Source of the DNA: Utricularia gibba
Taxonomy: Eukaryota; Plantae; Magnoliophyta
DNA length: 64,000 nt
Direction of reading: 5' to 3'
Assembly (NCBI GenBank): GCA_002189035.1
Contig: NEEC01000023.1
Span: 186,001 to 250,000, forward strand
The notes beneath the pieces were generated by a model. The model saw only the letters and a list, made by a program, of their open reading frames with translations. It ran no database searches and was not told the DNA's origin. Positions 62,101 through 64,000 of the stretch are shown here, one piece after another; position 1 is the first letter of the stretch; every line of letters begins with the position of its first letter. Position numbers and translations under genes: made by a program.

Positions 62101-64000
62101 TGCGCTGCCTATTCTGCCTGTTATCATATAATTAGTTGCAACCGTGCAGTGATTAGTTGGATTAAGATTTTAAAAATAGAATAAAGAATCAAAGTTTCTT
62201 TTGACTAAGTTCTGCACTCTGTTTCTCTGAAACCTGTGGAATAAAGTGAAAAATGCTCTTTTAATAATGGATGTCGCATGGATACTATCTTTGGTTGCCC
62301 TTTCAAAATATTTTTTTCAAAAACTTTTGAATGACAACTTACAGTCAATCCAACCTTTTCTTTATACAATATCCCTCGACTTGATTATATGTTGCAACTG
62401 ATGCATGCTGATGTTTTTTCATAACGCGTGTCCTAGATCCACTCATGCTTGAATGCGTAGAGAAGACCCTTTACTCTGGTCATGCTTCCTTCAATCTGTC
62501 AATTCCGGTGAGTATGCTGCTATATTTTTCGTTATGGTTAACTACAACTTTTCCATTCATCCAAAAATAATGATGATATAAAAGAAGAAGGAAACAAAAG
62601 ATATTGTAGACATGTAAGTCCACTTCATTAATGGCCCTTGAGATCTTTCTGTAGTTCTGTAGCGTGATCAATATTGCACGGAGGTAAAAACGGTAAAAAA
62701 AAACGCATAGGTTTAAATGACGCATCTAACTGTTTTTATTGTTTAGGTTCTAGTAAATTTATTTGCGACTGGCGACCTTAAACTTCTGTCGTATGCACTC
62801 ATTAAATGCTATTATATTTGTAGTTTTCCAAAAAAAAAAAAAATAAAGAGGAAAAAAATTGCTTTGCTGGGTTTTCCTAGCATTCTAGTTGTTTCCTGTG
62901 GAACATATGGGTTGAAACTTCAGCAGAGTGGATATATGAACATCAGATTTTCTGGAATTGTTGTATCTGTAGGCATAAATATATAATAATTGTCGTGTCA
63001 GTATAATCTGTTTTCGGTGTTCAGTTGGTGGGCTCTGATTATGGTTTTAACTATGTGGAAAATGGAAGATCTGCATTTTATGATTTCTGGTTTTATATTG
63101 ATGGTCTTATATTGTATGATTTTCGGGTATGCCTCTTTATTTCCATGAAGGCTGGTTTTCTTGATCTCTGGGAGCCGGCTACCCTGTCTATTAAAAGGAG
63201 TGGCTACAGCATCAAGTCCAGTGGAACAAATGGCGGTGTTGTGTCCAAGAAGTTCTCATCATCCATGATTGTACGCCTTCCCTTTCTCATTTCACCTTTT
63301 CAAATTCAACTACTGCAGAACACAATGAAAATGTTAGGGTCAGATAAATGCCAAAAAAAAAAAAAAAATCCTGTATCTGCTGTAGGTCTCCATTTCAATA
63401 TACTTTCTGTACTTCGTAGGTATCCATTCTGCCTGAAAGCCCGACTGACTTCTCCATAATTGATCCTACCGGAGCGGAGGAAATCCTGCGGGCAGAAAAA
63501 TCAACTGACATAAGTTGGTGAGTCAAATACAACGGATCTCTCCATTTTAGCTGCCCTTCATGATTTTTTTTTATTTACATGATTATATGCAACTATCAAG
63601 TATTTTAATCTGTCTATCGCAATCCTCTTAAGCTCATGCTTCGTTATCAGTATTAGTTCCTACAAATAAAAAGTATGCCTGAACCAAATGAATAAGAATC
63701 ATGGATTTTTCTCTAGTTGTGGTGTACCTTGCGGAGCTTTTGAGTTTCTACTTCTACTATGTATACTGCTGCTGCCCTCGTTGCGAATATATACAAGCGT
63801 CTGCTTCGTACATGTTATCACAGCTATGATGTTGTTAGGACCCATGGTTCGGGTCTATTGACAAATCTGAATGTCATTTCTGCAGTTCAAGAGATACGAT
63901 TGTTCTCACCTTGAGGCTGTTCATCTTGAAGGTAAGCTCTTGCTCCAGCTCCATGCCGGATTTCTCTTGCTCTGTCGAATTCCGATGACGCCGTTTTTCG
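56179..64000 (+). CDS. Conserved uncharacterised plant protein (N-terminal coiled coil, central Ig-like segment, C-terminal PH-like region), truncated by the window edge
   Basis: Many GT-AG exons: VEKAVDAAHATI..ENNRLRIELQ, GKPCPGEELHACGYSVHGTTSCNFE|WVRHLEDGS, PTYLVTADDVDTYLAIEVQPLDNRKRK|GELVKVFAND, SRDTIVLTLRLFILK. Resembles my recollection of the At5g23490/At3g03560 family. Confidence 0.78.

Noticed and set aside
1-64000. Prokaryotic features (CRISPR, operons, defence systems) and intact transposases or reverse transcriptases
   Set aside because: The window is intron-rich plant nuclear DNA, and I saw no repeat-spacer array or TE protein motif.

Overview
Gene-dense eudicot plant nuclear DNA with about 21 protein-coding loci and GT-AG spliceosomal introns. 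I found no rRNA, tRNA, CRISPR array or intact transposon. In order: DOMON/AIR12-like GPI-anchored protein (two compensating indels), dCTP pyrophosphatase, SLU7, SDH6, VPS50/syndetin (-), RPP2 (-), GALT29A-like GT29, Ole e 1 protein, BRANCHLESS TRICHOME-like coiled-coil protein, NYN+C2H2 protein, a tandem pair of three-exon CLAVATA3-like peptide genes (-), a GT14-like/DUF266 transferase (-), plastid RPL9, a 3 x ~2 kb tandem array of degenerate type I MADS-box genes, an aquaporin TIP1, SOSEKI (-), a serine carboxypeptidase, rhomboid RBL14 (one frameshift), and a long uncharacterised gene running off the right edge. The CLV3-like pair is absent from the ORF track: one copy encodes a canonical RKVPAGPDPLHH peptide, the other a divergent RLVPGGPNPDHN. 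Other highlights are the mosaic MADS array, a TIP1 with an atypical Q-V-A-L selectivity filter, and three single-base indels in C runs that may be assembly errors. All exon models were built by hand from splice sites and remembered family consensus; no database search was run.
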